NCBI GenBank assembly: GCA_965661125.1
Contig: CBFICI010000001.1
Span: 536,850 to 600,849 of the forward strand
Origin: Pseudomonadales bacterium
GTDB taxonomy: Bacteria; Pseudomonadota; Gammaproteobacteria; Pseudomonadales; GM7GCV1
Reading direction: 5' to 3'
DNA: 64,000 nt
The notes under the pieces were generated by a model, which saw only the letters and a list, made by a program, of their open reading frames with translations, was not told the origin of the DNA and did no database searches. The position numbers were made by a program, and so were the translations under genes. Of the stretch, positions 8,647-19,029 are shown piece after piece (positions within the stretch are counted from its first letter, which is position 1; every line of letters starts with the position of its first letter).

Positions 8647-10136
8647 CAGTGCCCCGCCATCAGTTTTTCAACTTCTTGTGGGTCGTTGTGTACGCCAAAT
8701 TTGTCCACCACCGTGGCACTGGCTTGGTTCATTCCTACAATTTCCACGTCTGCCCCCTCGCGTCGAAATTTGATCACGACTTTATCCAGCGCCGATACCG
8801 AAGTGATATCCCAGAAGTGCGCTTCGCTGACGTCGATGGTGACACGCTCAAGCACTTCCCGGAAGTCGAATGCCGACAGGAACTGGTCAGACGAGGCAAA
8901 AAATACCTGCCCCACCACCCGATAAGTGGCCTCGCTGCCATCTTCGCTGTTGGTTTTGAAGATGGCCATAAAGCGCGCAATCCTGTTGGCAAAGAAAAGT
9001 GAGGCCAGTAACACCCCCACAAAAACGCCCAACGCCAGGTTGTGGGTAACCACCACAACCACCACGGTAGAGATCATCACAATATTGCTTGAAAGGGGAT
9101 TTTTCTTCAGGTCGCGAACCGAAGACCAGGAAAAGGTGCCAATGGATACCATGATCATCACGGCCACCAGCGCTGCCATGGGTATCTGGCTAATCCAATC
9201 GCCCAGAAACACCACCATGATAATTAGCAACAGGCCAGCCGAGAGCGTCGACAGACGCCCGCGTCCACCCGATTTCACATTGATAATCGACTGGCCAATC
9301 ATGGCACAGCCGGCCATGCCACCAATCAGGCCGGATGCAATGTTGGCAATGCCCTGCCCTTTGCACTCGCGGTTCTTGTTGCTTTCGGTGTCGGTAAGGT
9401 CGTCGACAATAGTTGCAGTCATCATGGATTCCAGCAGCCCCACCATGGCCAGCGACAGCGAATAGGGCAATACAATAAGCAGGGTTTCCAGGTTCCAGGG
9501 AACCTGCGGCCATAAAAAGACTGGCAGGGTATCGGGCAGCTCGCCCATGTCGCCGACGGTGCGAACATCCATTCCAACCACCAGGCTGAAAGCGCTCAGC
9601 AGCAAAATACACAACAGGGGCGAAGGCAGCATATTGCCCACCCGCGGCACCAGCGGAAAGAGGTAAATAATACCCAGTCCAGCCAAAGTCATGAGGTACA
9701 CAAACCAGGGCACGTTGGTGAGCTCGGGCAACTGCGCCAGAAAGATCAAAATAGCCAGGGCGTTCACAAAGCCTGTAACCACCGAGCGCGATACAAAGCG
9801 CATCAGGCTGCCCAGTTTCAAAAAGCCGGCCAGAATTTGAAAAACGCCGCACAGTAACGTAGCTACAAGCAAATATTGAAGCCCGTGGTCTTTGACCAGG
9901 GTAACCATCAACACCGCCATAGCAGCGGTAGCGGCCGAAATCATGCCCGGGCGGCCACCAGTGAAGGCAATTACCACGGCAATACAGAAGGAGGCATACA
10001 GCCCCACGCGAGGGTCGACACCCGCGATGATGGAGAAGGCAATGGCTTCAGGGATAAGGGCCAGGGCAACAACAGTGCCGGCCAACAGGTCGGCGCGCAC
10101 ATTCGAGAACCAGGTGCGTTTAAGGGTGGAATACAT
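8646..10136 (-). CDS. SulP-family anion (sulfate/bicarbonate) permease with C-terminal STAS domain
   Basis: 496 aa. The N-terminus ([24 protein letters not shown]) is typical of SulP. The C-terminal ~110 aa are soluble and STAS-like. Confidence 0.9.
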   Translation of the reverse strand: MYSTLKRTWFSNVRADLLAGTVVALALIPEAIAFSIIAGVDPRVGLYASFCIAVVIAFTGGRPGMISAATAAMAVLMVTLVKDHGLQYLLVATLLCGVFQILAGFLKLGSLMRFVSRSVVTGFVNALAILIFLAQLPELTNVPWFVYLMTLAGLGIIYLFPLVPRVGNMLPSPLLCILLLSAFSLVVGMDVRTVGDMGELPDTLPVFLWPQVPWNLETLLIVLPYSLSLAMVGLLESMMTATIVDDLTDTESNKNRECKGQGIANIASGLIGGMAGCAMIGQSIINVKSGGRGRLSTLSAGLLLIIMVVFLGDWISQIPMAALVAVMIMVSIGTFSWSSVRDLKKNPLSSNIVMISTVVVVVVTHNLALGVFVGVLLASLFFANRIARFMAIFKTNSEDGSEATYRVVGQVFFASSDQFLSAFDFREVLERVTIDVSEAHFWDITSVSALDKVVIKFRREGADVEIVGMNQASATVVDKFGVHNDPQEVEKLMAGH

Positions 10137-10456
10137 TTTGGGTTCCGGCGGGGAGAGGTATTACAACCGGAACGGCTTCCGGCGAGGGGTTACAAGCGGG
10201 CGAATGCTACGCATTCACAAGCTATTTGCAAGAGCTACATCTGCTCCGAATCCAATTCGCACCGATGCACCTCAACCGTGACCTGCACCAACCCGGCAGA
10301 ACCGGTATGCGCCTCTTGTATTCATTCGGTGTGGCCGGGCTGTGTGCTACCAAAGCGATCAAATTCTCTGGCCAATCGAGCAGAGATTTCAGGCGGTTTG
10401 CGCCGCCTTCATCAATCGCCTGCCTGACAATTCCTTTGACCCGATTCCTTCTGCGT

Positions 10457-10822
10457 TCAGGAAGGGAAGCGCTGCTCGAGGTAAGCAATAATGTCGTTGC
10501 TCTCATACATCCAGCGCACGCCATTTCCCTCTTCAATTCGCAAACAGGGCACTTTCACACGCCCTCCTCCTATATCCAGCTCGTTGCGAGCTTCCGGGTC
10601 GCTCATGGCATCTTTCAGCTGCATGGGTAGTGACAATCTCTTGAGCGTTCTCCGCACCTTGATGCAGAAGGGGCAGCCACGAAATTGATAGAGTGTAAGC
10701 GCCTCCAGTTGTTGCTCGATCTGATTTTGCTCGGTTTCACTGCGCTCAACCTTATGCGGTGAAAAAACCCAGTCAAAAAAGATAATGATTTCGCCCAAAG
10801 CGCGCCGGATAAAGCCGACCAT
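10457..10822 (-). CDS. Glutaredoxin-family protein
   Basis: 121 aa. CPFC active site followed by a cis-Pro region (VPCLRI), consistent with a thioredoxin fold. Confidence 0.8.
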   Translation of the reverse strand: MVGFIRRALGEIIIFFDWVFSPHKVERSETEQNQIEQQLEALTLYQFRGCPFCIKVRRTLKRLSLPMQLKDAMSDPEARNELDIGGGRVKVPCLRIEEGNGVRWMYESNDIIAYLEQRFPS

Positions 10823-10922
10823 GTTGTACCTCGTGGTGGTGGATTTTGTGGTGTGCAGATTGCCTGCGCCGGCAATATATCAGCTCTGCCGGCAGAGTCG
10901 ATACGGCATACTGAGCCATAGG

Positions 10923-11300
10923 CTAAATAAAGAAGTAGACCAGGTTGCCCACTGCCGCTAACAGTATCACGCCCAGTGTGATCACCATGCCGGCAACCCG
11001 GCCCTTTAGCTTGTCTGCCAGTATGGCGCGTGCATGCAGAAACCGCCCAACAAGCAATGCAATACCCAGAAAGTGAATCAACAGCCCGTGCCCACCGCCC
11101 AATTCCATCAAACCCAGCAAAATAATCGCCATGGGAATGGTCTCGGTGGCATTGGAGTGCGCCGATCGAGCCATTTGCAGCGATTTGACGCCGCCATCGG
11201 CATAGGCAACCCTGTTTCCGCGACGCTCGCCCACAACCTTGAAGGTCAGAAATACAATCCACAGGGCGCCAAGCGCCGCATACAGTGCCGTTACCATCAA
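10923..11300 (-). CDS. MAPEG-family membrane protein (YecN-like)
   Basis: 125 aa, 3-4 TM helices. Sequence style matches MAPEG ([19 protein letters not shown]). Confidence 0.75.
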   Translation of the reverse strand: MMVTALYAALGALWIVFLTFKVVGERRGNRVAYADGGVKSLQMARSAHSNATETIPMAIILLGLMELGGGHGLLIHFLGIALLVGRFLHARAILADKLKGRVAGMVITLGVILLAAVGNLVYFFI

Positions 11301-11788
11301 TCAGTCTCCCGTTTTGTTGCAGTCTCTGGCTGTGCCGGTGGCGGATTTTTCGCCAGCCACTGGTCCAGCCTGTTGGCAAAAGCCTGCTTGTCCTGGTTCG
11401 AGTATTGCGCAGCGCCACCACGCATCTCTACGCCACTACCTCGCATGGTTTCCATGAAGTCGCGCATATTCAGCTTGGCTTTAATATTGTTGGCGGTGAG
11501 CACCTCACCGCGGTTGGTAAGGCAGGTACAGCCCTTTGATATCAGGTCGCTGGCCAACGGAATGTCCGAGGTAATAACTAAATCGCCAGCTTCTGACCGC
11601 CGCAGTATTTCGTCGTCAGCTGCATCAAGGCCCTGCGGTACCTGAACTCGCTGAATATGGGGCGAACGCGGAACAGGCACCAACTGATTGGCGATGAAGA
11701 CCAGGGAATGGCCAGTTCGCATCGCAGCGCGGCACAGAATCTCTCTGGCCGCAACGGGAACTGCATCGGCATCTACCCAAACCGTCAC
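11297..11788 (-). CDS. YaiI/YqxD family protein (UPF0178/DUF188)
   Basis: 163 aa starting VWVDADAVP, with a later ITSDIPLA motif typical of this family. It overlaps the downstream MAPEG gene by 4 nt. Confidence 0.8.
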   Translation of the reverse strand: MTVWVDADAVPVAAREILCRAAMRTGHSLVFIANQLVPVPRSPHIQRVQVPQGLDAADDEILRRSEAGDLVITSDIPLASDLISKGCTCLTNRGEVLTANNIKAKLNMRDFMETMRGSGVEMRGGAAQYSNQDKQAFANRLDQWLAKNPPPAQPETATKRETD

Positions 11789-11791
11789 TGA

Positions 11792-12757
11792 CTAGTTGTC
11801 CGCTGCTGCTGCTTCGTCCAGCTGTTCGAACATGGGTGCGGCGTTGGCCAGAAATGCCTCGATGGACTGGTCGGCAACCACCAGGCGTGACGGCGGCTGG
11901 GTTACATTTACCATAGGCGGTCTGCGTGGGTCTTGTTCAGGCCCACCGCCAACCGGTGATACAAACAGCAGGATAAGAGCCGCGCCGGTTACTGTCACCG
12001 CCACCAAACTTCGTTTAAGCGGTTTAAACCGGGTTGTCATATCAAATCCCAGGATGCACCAGCCAAAAAGGGCCAGAGTGAAAAGCATCTCAAAACCATA
12101 GTTCTGAATGGTTTGAGATAGCAGGTTAAAACTCAGCCAGTTGATAAACATATAACCCAAGAGCACCAGCGTACAGGCTACGGCCACCAGAGTCAGATGC
12201 CCCCAGAAGGCCACCTCGTGGCGTAGCAGGCGCGCAAAACTTCCCCAGACAGCGGCCCAAACCACCAGACCCAGCCCGAAGGCGAAAGCCCTGCTCCAGC
12301 GATCATCGGCATCGATACTGAGGTCGGGTGCAAACAGGCCAGAAAAATAGGCGCTCGCCAGCGCTGCCAAAAGCGCCATGCATGCCACCCAGGGCATCTG
12401 CATGCGCTCAATAAGGGGTTCAAACTGGGGCCGGCGCTGCGCTTTGCCCACGGGCTCGTCGGTATTGTGAATAACCAGTGTGCTGTGACCGATACGCAGC
12501 GGTTTGCCTAGCTCCACTTGCACCGCATCTGTGAAGTAATTCGCTCCCAGGCGGCTTCCATTGCGACTGCCCAGGTCTTCCACCATCAAGCGACCCTCTT
12601 CGTCCATGAATAGACGCAAGTGGTCGGCATCTACCAGAGGATCACGCACAACCACATCGTTGTTCCAGCCGCGCCCAATGTGCGCCTCTCGTCCAGATAC
12701 GCGGGCGACATACGAGCGGTGCTGACCCAGCTCCATGACTTCAATGGCTAGTTCCAC
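11792..12757 (-). CDS. Membrane protein with N-terminal cytoplasmic FHA domain
   Basis: 321 aa. FHA signature region (HIGRGWNNDVVVRDPLVDADHLRL...VEDLGSRNGSRLG), followed by about 5 TM helices. Confidence 0.8.
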   Translation of the reverse strand: MELAIEVMELGQHRSYVARVSGREAHIGRGWNNDVVVRDPLVDADHLRLFMDEEGRLMVEDLGSRNGSRLGANYFTDAVQVELGKPLRIGHSTLVIHNTDEPVGKAQRRPQFEPLIERMQMPWVACMALLAALASAYFSGLFAPDLSIDADDRWSRAFAFGLGLVVWAAVWGSFARLLRHEVAFWGHLTLVAVACTLVLLGYMFINWLSFNLLSQTIQNYGFEMLFTLALFGWCILGFDMTTRFKPLKRSLVAVTVTGAALILLFVSPVGGGPEQDPRRPPMVNVTQPPSRLVVADQSIEAFLANAAPMFEQLDEAAAADN

Positions 12758-14061
12758 GATGCCACCTCCATGAAGCGCTTGGCGAAATCCATCGCCATCT
12801 CGGGCTCTACCGCCGCCAAAGTGAAATGACTCACCAGCGCACGCTTATCCTGCCCCTGAAACATGTAGAACAGGCTGTCGTACAGCCCGGGGAAATCCCG
12901 GTAGGCGCGAAAGCAAATACCGGCCTGTCGAAAACCCTCGCCATTGGCCTCACCGATATCCACATAGCTTTGCTCGCACTTGAACCCGGTCATGTAGCGC
13001 TCCGGGGCACTGTTGTCGGCAAAAAAGTTTTGCGCACCCACCTGGTCGTGGAACTGGTCGGGGGTCAACTCGTCGGTGTCATAGTAGTAAAACGAATAGT
13101 GCAGCTGAGCGGTGTTAAAGCGGCTCTCCAGAAAGGTGTGATTGCCGTTGTTGCAGGAGAGCTCCAACACAAGAATTTCCTGGTCTGGCCGCCCCTGGTT
13201 GCTGCCACCCCAGCAGCTGATGTCCGGCGACATTTCGCCAATAACCCTGGCATTGTCGCCAATGCTCTGGGGTTTCCAGTCCTGGCGCATCAACATGGCG
13301 TAGTAATCCCGCTGAAAGGCCGCCAACTGGTCGCGAATTTGTCTTTTGTACTGATCCGGTCCCGTTGGACGCAACGAATCTTCTTTGCTGAGCAGCGCCA
13401 TTACTTTTTCGGCCGGCACCAGAAAACTAAGCTGACTGCCTGCGGTGGCAACGTTAACCCCCACAATGCGACCCATCCGGTCGATTGCCGGGCCTCCACT
13501 CATGCCAGAGTTGAGCGAGCCGGAGAAAAGTATCTTGTCGATATAACTATTCTCGGCAATGCCGTTGTATGCGCCGTCTACCATCAGCATGCCGTAATCG
13601 TGAGGGTTGCCCATGGCGAATACCCTGTCGCCCTGGCGGTAGCTTTCCTGACTGATCATAAAAAAGGATTCGCCCACCTCGCGAGCCTGCAGCAGCGCAA
13701 CATCATTGACCACATCGAAATCGACCAAATACATCTCACCCGCAACGCCGCGCCAATCGATGTACTGCAATTCGTGTGTATCGGGTTCAAAGACAAACGA
13801 GGAAATCACATGGTAATTGGTCACAATCAATCCGCCAGGGCTTACCTGAAAACCCGAGCCAAGCGCGCTTTTATTGCCGGTTTCCTTGTTGTTAACCACC
13901 ACCTGGTATATCGAACTTCGGTACAGGTCCAACAGGGATTCATCCTGCTGCGCCCATGTCGGCGAGCTTGCCAGCATGCCAGCGACTACCATCAAGCAAA
14001 GCCGGTGCACAAAGCTGCTCGGCTTAATGCGCAAGCCCGGGAGGAAACAAAGCATCTGCAT
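12748..14061 (-). CDS. Secreted trypsin-like (S1/DegP-type) serine protease with an uncharacterised Cys-containing C-terminal domain
   Basis: 437 aa. The N-terminus resembles a signal peptide. Triad context is TNYHV (His), NDVALL (Asp) and GMSGGP (Ser). The C-terminal ~200 aa are unrecognised. It overlaps the FHA gene by 10 nt. Confidence 0.8.
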   Translation of the reverse strand: MQMLCFLPGLRIKPSSFVHRLCLMVVAGMLASSPTWAQQDESLLDLYRSSIYQVVVNNKETGNKSALGSGFQVSPGGLIVTNYHVISSFVFEPDTHELQYIDWRGVAGEMYLVDFDVVNDVALLQAREVGESFFMISQESYRQGDRVFAMGNPHDYGMLMVDGAYNGIAENSYIDKILFSGSLNSGMSGGPAIDRMGRIVGVNVATAGSQLSFLVPAEKVMALLSKEDSLRPTGPDQYKRQIRDQLAAFQRDYYAMLMRQDWKPQSIGDNARVIGEMSPDISCWGGSNQGRPDQEILVLELSCNNGNHTFLESRFNTAQLHYSFYYYDTDELTPDQFHDQVGAQNFFADNSAPERYMTGFKCEQSYVDIGEANGEGFRQAGICFRAYRDFPGLYDSLFYMFQGQDKRALVSHFTLAAVEPEMAMDFAKRFMEVASWN

Positions 14062-14133
14062 CTGGTTTAATACCCCATTGTTTTCCGTTGGGCGGTGGCA
14101 ACTGCCTCCGCCGAATGCATTTTAGGTGCCAGC

Positions 14134-14775
14134 ATGCCGCGCGTCATAGTATTTAACAAACCTTACGGGGTTCTAAGCCAGTTTACCGACGAGGGAGGCC
14201 ACCCCGGCCTGGCACACTTTATCGAACAACCCGGTTTTTACGCCGCCGGTCGCCTTGACCGCGACTCCGAAGGCTGTCTGCTGCTAACCGACGATGGCAA
14301 GCTACAGGAATACCTCAGCTCGCCACGCTTTCACAAAGCCAAGTGCTACCTGGTTCAGCTGGAGGGCGACATTGGCGAAGCAGACCTGATCAAACTGCGC
14401 CAGGGCTTGGAACTGAAAGACGGCCTCACTCTTCCCGCCAAAGCACACCGCATTGCCGAACCCGGCTGGCTATGGCCGCGTAACCCTCCTGTACGCGAGC
14501 GGAAAACAATACCGGACTGCTGGATTGAACTCCAACTTACCGAGGGCCGCAATCGCCAGGTGCGTCGCATGACTGCCGCTGTCGGCTTTCCCACCCTGCG
14601 GCTGGTGCGCTTGGCTTCGGGGCCCTTCAGTATCGAGGGGCTAGCTCCCGGCGAATGGCGATGGGCGGAAGCACCTCAGGACTTTTTTACCAATCGCGAG
14701 GCGATAAAAAACCAAACTGGCGATGGCAGCAGGCGCAGAAATTTCAGCAACAGAGTAAAGCGCTTGGGAAAGTGA
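14134..14775 (+). CDS. rluE: 23S rRNA pseudouridine synthase E (RsuA/RluE family)
   Basis: [22 protein letters not shown], catalytic [19 protein letters not shown], and [24 protein letters not shown] prefer the ATG at 14134 to the track's upstream start at 14095. Confidence 0.88.
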   Translation: MPRVIVFNKPYGVLSQFTDEGGHPGLAHFIEQPGFYAAGRLDRDSEGCLLLTDDGKLQEYLSSPRFHKAKCYLVQLEGDIGEADLIKLRQGLELKDGLTLPAKAHRIAEPGWLWPRNPPVRERKTIPDCWIELQLTEGRNRQVRRMTAAVGFPTLRLVRLASGPFSIEGLAPGEWRWAEAPQDFFTNREAIKNQTGDGSRRRNFSNRVKRLGK

Positions 14776-15437
14776 ATTTCAAACGCTCTACCAGACAAGC
14801 CTGCGAGAATATACTCCGCTGCCGCTTCCGGCTCGATAATGAACGGCATGTCGAACTGGTTCTTGTCTGTGAGGGGCGTTTTCACAAACCCCGGGTTAAT
14901 CACCTTCACGTCAAGGCCGGTATTCAGGTTTTCCACCCTTAGTGATTCGGCCAGGTTGATTAACGCGGCCTTCGTTGAGCCATAGGGTTGCGCGTTGGGA
15001 AGCCCGCGGTAACCCGCTACGCTGGCACAGAAAGCCAGTTGGGCTCTTTCCTGACGCTTCAGGTCTGCCAGGGTAACCTGAATCAGGTTAAACGCGCCTA
15101 CCAGGTTGATATCTACAATTTGCTTCAGCTCTTCCAGTTCGAGATCGTCGAGCGTCATGGGGCTGTAGCCGGCTGACATAAAAAGAATGCGGTCGACCCG
15201 CCCTGCCACCTGCTGAAGCGACTGAAAAGCGGCTCGCAGGCTGGCCGGCTCGGTCACATCCAGCGGAAAGCTCCATTCGAAGCCCTCGTCTGATTTCAGT
15301 TGCTGTAATACTTCCTCGCGACGCGCCGAAATGGCAACGCGAGCACCCTGTTGCTGAAGCGCCCGAGCAACCGCCAGACCGATACCACTACTGGCTCCGA
15401 TAACCCAAACCACCTCGGAGCGAAAGGAATGTTTCAT
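14676..15437 (-). CDS. Short-chain dehydrogenase/reductase (last gene of the lipid-modification operon)
   Basis: 253 aa. Nucleotide-binding motif [13 protein letters not shown]. YxxxK context (YGSTKAAL). Confidence 0.88.
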   Translation of the reverse strand: MKHSFRSEVVWVIGASSGIGLAVARALQQQGARVAISARREEVLQQLKSDEGFEWSFPLDVTEPASLRAAFQSLQQVAGRVDRILFMSAGYSPMTLDDLELEELKQIVDINLVGAFNLIQVTLADLKRQERAQLAFCASVAGYRGLPNAQPYGSTKAALINLAESLRVENLNTGLDVKVINPGFVKTPLTDKNQFDMPFIIEPEAAAEYILAGLSGRAFEIHFPKRFTLLLKFLRLLPSPVWFFIASRLVKKS

Positions 15438-15444
15438 AGCAAAT

Positions 15445-15993
15445 CTACTGACTTTCCAGCTTGCGCATGAACACAGTAACTTCGCCTACCTTGAGGCCAA
15501 ACTTCTTCATTTTTGTACGGTTAATTACCACACCATCATTCATCAGCCACATCCAGTCGTCCATGTTCAACACCAGGGTGCCATCACCGCGTGGGATCTC
15601 CAGTCGGTACTTCATGTTAACCGCGTTACCTGCCATAAAGCCTTCGGCAGTTCCCACAACATCGCCGGCAGCCCCCTGAAAGCGACCATCATCGAGGCGG
15701 GTAAGGGTCCAGGTTCTGTGGTCTACCTGGCCACTGTAGTAACGAAACTCCTCTTCCAGGGTGCCAACATTGCCGTCCCAGGAACCCGTCATACTAATAT
15801 CGAAGCGCTGTATTACCTCGCCTTTCCAGTCCTGTACGAATCCCCATGCCTCTATGGGGCCATCAAAGTACTCGCGAATGTCCATGGCCGGCGATTCGGC
15901 CTGGTAGGCAGTAATAGCCGTGTTGCTGCAACTAGCGGTCATAACCAGTATCCAAAGAATCAGAATTTTTCCAGACGACATTTTCATCTGCAT
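15445..15993 (-). CDS. DUF3833-family lipoprotein
   Basis: MQMKMSSGKILILWILVMTASC provides a lipobox. The body matches what I recall of DUF3833 (REYFDGPIEAWG...). The start is uncertain (15981-16041). Confidence 0.7.
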   Translation of the reverse strand: MQMKMSSGKILILWILVMTASCSNTAITAYQAESPAMDIREYFDGPIEAWGFVQDWKGEVIQRFDISMTGSWDGNVGTLEEEFRYYSGQVDHRTWTLTRLDDGRFQGAAGDVVGTAEGFMAGNAVNMKYRLEIPRGDGTLVLNMDDWMWLMNDGVVINRTKMKKFGLKVGEVTVFMRKLESQ

Positions 15994-17248
15994 TTGCTCC
16001 CGTTGGCTTGAGATGGGTGAAGAGTAATAAGGCGGCAACAATTTTCAGCATGATAGGGATGCCACCGTACCCCAGCATAAGTACAGCAAGTTGCTTTTCG
16101 CTGTTTTCAACCGCAGGCTGGAACCCTGCCGCGTCAAGCATCCACAAAAGCAGCGCTGCCGCTATGGCAAGCACCAGCTTGGAAATAAAGGCCAACAGGG
16201 CGAAGGCGCGGGAACTGTCCTGCTGCAGCCGCTGCTTCGCCAGGTCGCCAACCAACCGGGCACTTGGCATCGCCAAATCGCCGCCAAACGCGATGCCGCT
16301 GGTTATACACACCAGCGCAAACAACAGCAAACCTCCGGGCTTAACCAGTAAAACCAGAGAAAAAGCCACCACGGCAAAAAGCATTGAAAGCAGCCATGCC
16401 CGGTCCATTCCAACTCGTCGGGATACCTGGCGCCAGAGAGGCATTCCGGCTATGCCGGCAACAAAATAGATAAAGAGGTACAGGCCGGTCCATGCTTCAG
16501 CCTGCAGGTAGTCGCGTACAAAAAACACAAACAACACCGCTGGGCAGGCAGAGGCCAGGGCCGAAATCGCATACAGAAAATAGGTGCTGCGTCCGGCCTG
16601 AAGTACCGGCAGAAAGCCTCCCAGTGCCTGCCGGTTAAAGTTGCTTTTGATGTCTGTCGGCACCTGATGTTGCAGCCAACCGCCCCAGTAAGCCATTAAC
16701 ACCAGGCCGACGAGCACAAAGCTCATCACAAACGTTCTGTAGCCAGCTTCAGTGCCCAGCCAGGCCGCAAGCGCGGGTGGCGCCAACGCAGCCAACATAA
16801 GACCTATCAGCACGCAGGACTCACGCACGGTGGTCAGGCTGACAGCCTCTGCTTCAGTGCGGGCTCGCAAACTGGCCATGCTGTTAAGCAAAATAGTGAG
16901 GTAACTGTAGCCTGCAGAAGCAACAAAGACGGCGACAAAAAACCAGCCAATGCCAGCCCAGTCAGCGGGACTAAACAAGGCCCACATGCCAGCCAAGAAA
17001 AACAGGCCAAACAACAGAAACAGCGCAAATCGATGGTCAGGCCAGCGGTCACTCACCCACCCCCACAGGGGATCGGTAAAGCCATCCAATAATCGCAACA
17101 CCAATAGCAAACTGCCGATAAGGGCCAAATCCACTCCGCGACTGGCGGCATAGAAGTCTGGTGCGTACAGGTAAAGCGGGATTCCTCCCAGTGCTACAAC
17201 GGTACCCAGGCTGCCGTAGCGAAGCTGCTCAGCGACTGATATTGGCAT
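15932..17248 (-). CDS. MFS-type transporter (GPH-like)
   Basis: 438 aa with about 12 TM helices. Confidence 0.8.
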   Translation of the reverse strand: MPISVAEQLRYGSLGTVVALGGIPLYLYAPDFYAASRGVDLALIGSLLLVLRLLDGFTDPLWGWVSDRWPDHRFALFLLFGLFFLAGMWALFSPADWAGIGWFFVAVFVASAGYSYLTILLNSMASLRARTEAEAVSLTTVRESCVLIGLMLAALAPPALAAWLGTEAGYRTFVMSFVLVGLVLMAYWGGWLQHQVPTDIKSNFNRQALGGFLPVLQAGRSTYFLYAISALASACPAVLFVFFVRDYLQAEAWTGLYLFIYFVAGIAGMPLWRQVSRRVGMDRAWLLSMLFAVVAFSLVLLVKPGGLLLFALVCITSGIAFGGDLAMPSARLVGDLAKQRLQQDSSRAFALLAFISKLVLAIAAALLLWMLDAAGFQPAVENSEKQLAVLMLGYGGIPIMLKIVAALLLFTHLKPTGANADENVVWKNSDSLDTGYDR

Positions 17249-17870
17249 AATCAGGCGTTCCTACCAGCTGCTCGCGCAGCTGAGGCGCCTTGGTGTCTGG
17301 CCCCAGCCAAATATTGAAAAAGTAACGGGCAAAGGCTCGATCGCGAATCTCGCCAACCGGCTGGCCGTCAAGAAGAAAAGACGCAAATCCCTGTTGCGTG
17401 CGAACCCCGGTAAGGCGAGTACCCTCTTGCACGTCCGGGAAAATCATCGCCATCTGGCTGTGCCAGCTGGCAAGGCGAATTTCATCTTCGAAACCCTGTT
17501 GGCGGATTAATTCGGCCGAGCGATCGGCAATGTCTTTACCCTTGAAATTGCGATGATAAACCAGCTCAAGCGCAAAGGGTTTGTCTGAATCGAACTGGCC
17601 GCTGGCGCTGTACAAATTGGCGTCGTAAACGTCCCAGAAAGCAAATGCAAAGGTTCCACTACCCACCAGTTGTGCCTCACCCAGGTAACGCCCCAGCTCT
17701 TCTTTCTCGGCAGTGTTGCTACCCACCCATGCAGCTTGCTGCATGCCACCGTTCTGTCTCTGGCCAGACTCCTGTCGGGCTTGCAGCAGCGCGCTATAAA
17801 AAACGAGCAGCCCACCCATCAAAAGGGGTAAGAGAAAAACAGGTCGACGCGGTGCAGAAAATTCAAGCAT
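17229..17870 (-). CDS. Chalcone-isomerase-like family protein
   Basis: 213 aa with an N-terminal signal/anchor. The motif style G-x-F-x-F-x-F-W-D-V-Y-D-A-x-L-Y recurs in the CHI-like proteins found in these clusters. Confidence 0.6.
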   Translation of the reverse strand: MLEFSAPRRPVFLLPLLMGGLLVFYSALLQARQESGQRQNGGMQQAAWVGSNTAEKEELGRYLGEAQLVGSGTFAFAFWDVYDANLYSASGQFDSDKPFALELVYHRNFKGKDIADRSAELIRQQGFEDEIRLASWHSQMAMIFPDVQEGTRLTGVRTQQGFASFLLDGQPVGEIRDRAFARYFFNIWLGPDTKAPQLREQLVGTPDYANISR

Positions 17871-19029
17871 GCCCCAACCTCACTTGCATCACATTGGTAC
17901 TGCCATTCGAGAATGCGGCAATACAGGCGCAAAGATAAAAGCGCCAGACACGAATAAAGCCTTCATCAAATCCAAGCGTGCGCACTTCGTCCAATCTCTG
18001 CTCAAAAGCCTGAAGCCAATGTTTCAGCGTTTGCGCGTAGTCCTGCCCGAAATCGAACCTGTCCTCCATCCGCAACCCAGCTTTTTCGGCTTCCTGCTTG
18101 AATCGGGATGGCGAGGGCAACATACCGCCGGGGAAAATAAAGGTGCGAATCATGTCTCCGCGACGGCGATAGGTTTCAAAATTTTCGTCGCGAATGGTGA
18201 TGGTTTGAACCATTGCTTTCCCATTGGTAGCCAGCAACGATTTAAGCTTGGAAAAATAAGTGCCCCAGTACTTTTCTCCAACCGCCTCAAACATCTCGAT
18301 TGACACCAGGCTGTCGTACCTGGACTCTTGCAGCCTGTAGTCTTCCAGTACCACCTTGCCGCTGCCTTTCAGCCGCTCTGTAGCGTATTGATGCTGCTGA
18401 TCCGATAGAGTAATACCGCGGTAGTCATAATCGGCTCGCTGCAATGCCCGGTCGGCAAATCCACCCCAGCCACAACCAATTTCCAGCATTGAGCCCCTGT
18501 CGGTTTCGAGCAGCTCAAGAATACGGTCATACTTATTGTCCTGGGCAGCAGACAGCTTCTCGGTGTTGGCATCGAACAGCGCTGAACTGTATGTCATCCC
18601 CGGATCAAGCCACAGCTTGTAAAAATCATTCCCCAGGTCGTAATGCGCTTGAATATTGCGCCTGCTACCGCGCATATGGTTTTCCCGCATGCGGTAAGTA
18701 ATGCGGCTGAACAGGCGTTGCAGATAGCCGCCTCGCACGACCTTGCCAATGGCATCCATATTGGCAAGGCCCAGCTGTAAAAGGCTGGTGAGATCCGGTG
18801 TATCCCAAAGGCCATCGCGATAGGTTTCGGTCAACCCAATCTCGCCATCCTTCAGAAAGGCACCAATCACCCGCCAGTCGTGCATGTGCATGGTTGCTAC
18901 CAGTTCACCGCTACCCTGCCCCAGGTGATGCACCTTGCCATCGGGCGTCTCGACGACGAACCGCCCGACCGGCGCGCGCTCGAGAATGGCGAAAAGCCGG
19001 TCAGCCATAAAGCGATTCAACATGTTCAA
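17863..19029 (-). CDS. Cyclopropane-fatty-acyl-phospholipid-synthase-family SAM-dependent methyltransferase
   Basis: 388 aa. NIQAHYDLGNDFYKLWLDPGMTYSSALF and SAM motif I (MLEIGCGWGGFA). Confidence 0.9.
   Translation of the reverse strand: MNMLNRFMADRLFAILERAPVGRFVVETPDGKVHHLGQGSGELVATMHMHDWRVIGAFLKDGEIGLTETYRDGLWDTPDLTSLLQLGLANMDAIGKVVRGGYLQRLFSRITYRMRENHMRGSRRNIQAHYDLGNDFYKLWLDPGMTYSSALFDANTEKLSAAQDNKYDRILELLETDRGSMLEIGCGWGGFADRALQRADYDYRGITLSDQQHQYATERLKGSGKVVLEDYRLQESRYDSLVSIEMFEAVGEKYWGTYFSKLKSLLATNGKAMVQTITIRDENFETYRRRGDMIRTFIFPGGMLPSPSRFKQEAEKAGLRMEDRFDFGQDYAQTLKHWLQAFEQRLDEVRTLGFDEGFIRVWRFYLCACIAAFSNGSTNVMQVRLGHA

Noticed and set aside
10137-10456. 320-bp leader upstream of the SulP-Usp operon, as a possible riboswitch or Anr-controlled promoter
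   Set aside because: It contains only isolated TTGAT/ATCAA half-sites and short hairpins (ccggaa-gccg-ttccgg, aggcgg-N6-ccgcct). It does not resemble any riboswitch class I know and has no full FNR box.
12826-14070. 414-aa plus-strand ORF, the longest unassigned ORF in the track
   Set aside because: It lies exactly antisense to the trypsin-like protease gene, which has a clear catalytic triad. Its translation is rich in H/R/V/A/G, lacks any motif, and has no plausible start context. This is a typical shadow ORF of a GC-rich gene. The same reasoning applies to 278-829, 1131-1763, 10615-11421, 28437-29132, 32224-33006, 45489-46163 and 56524-57186.
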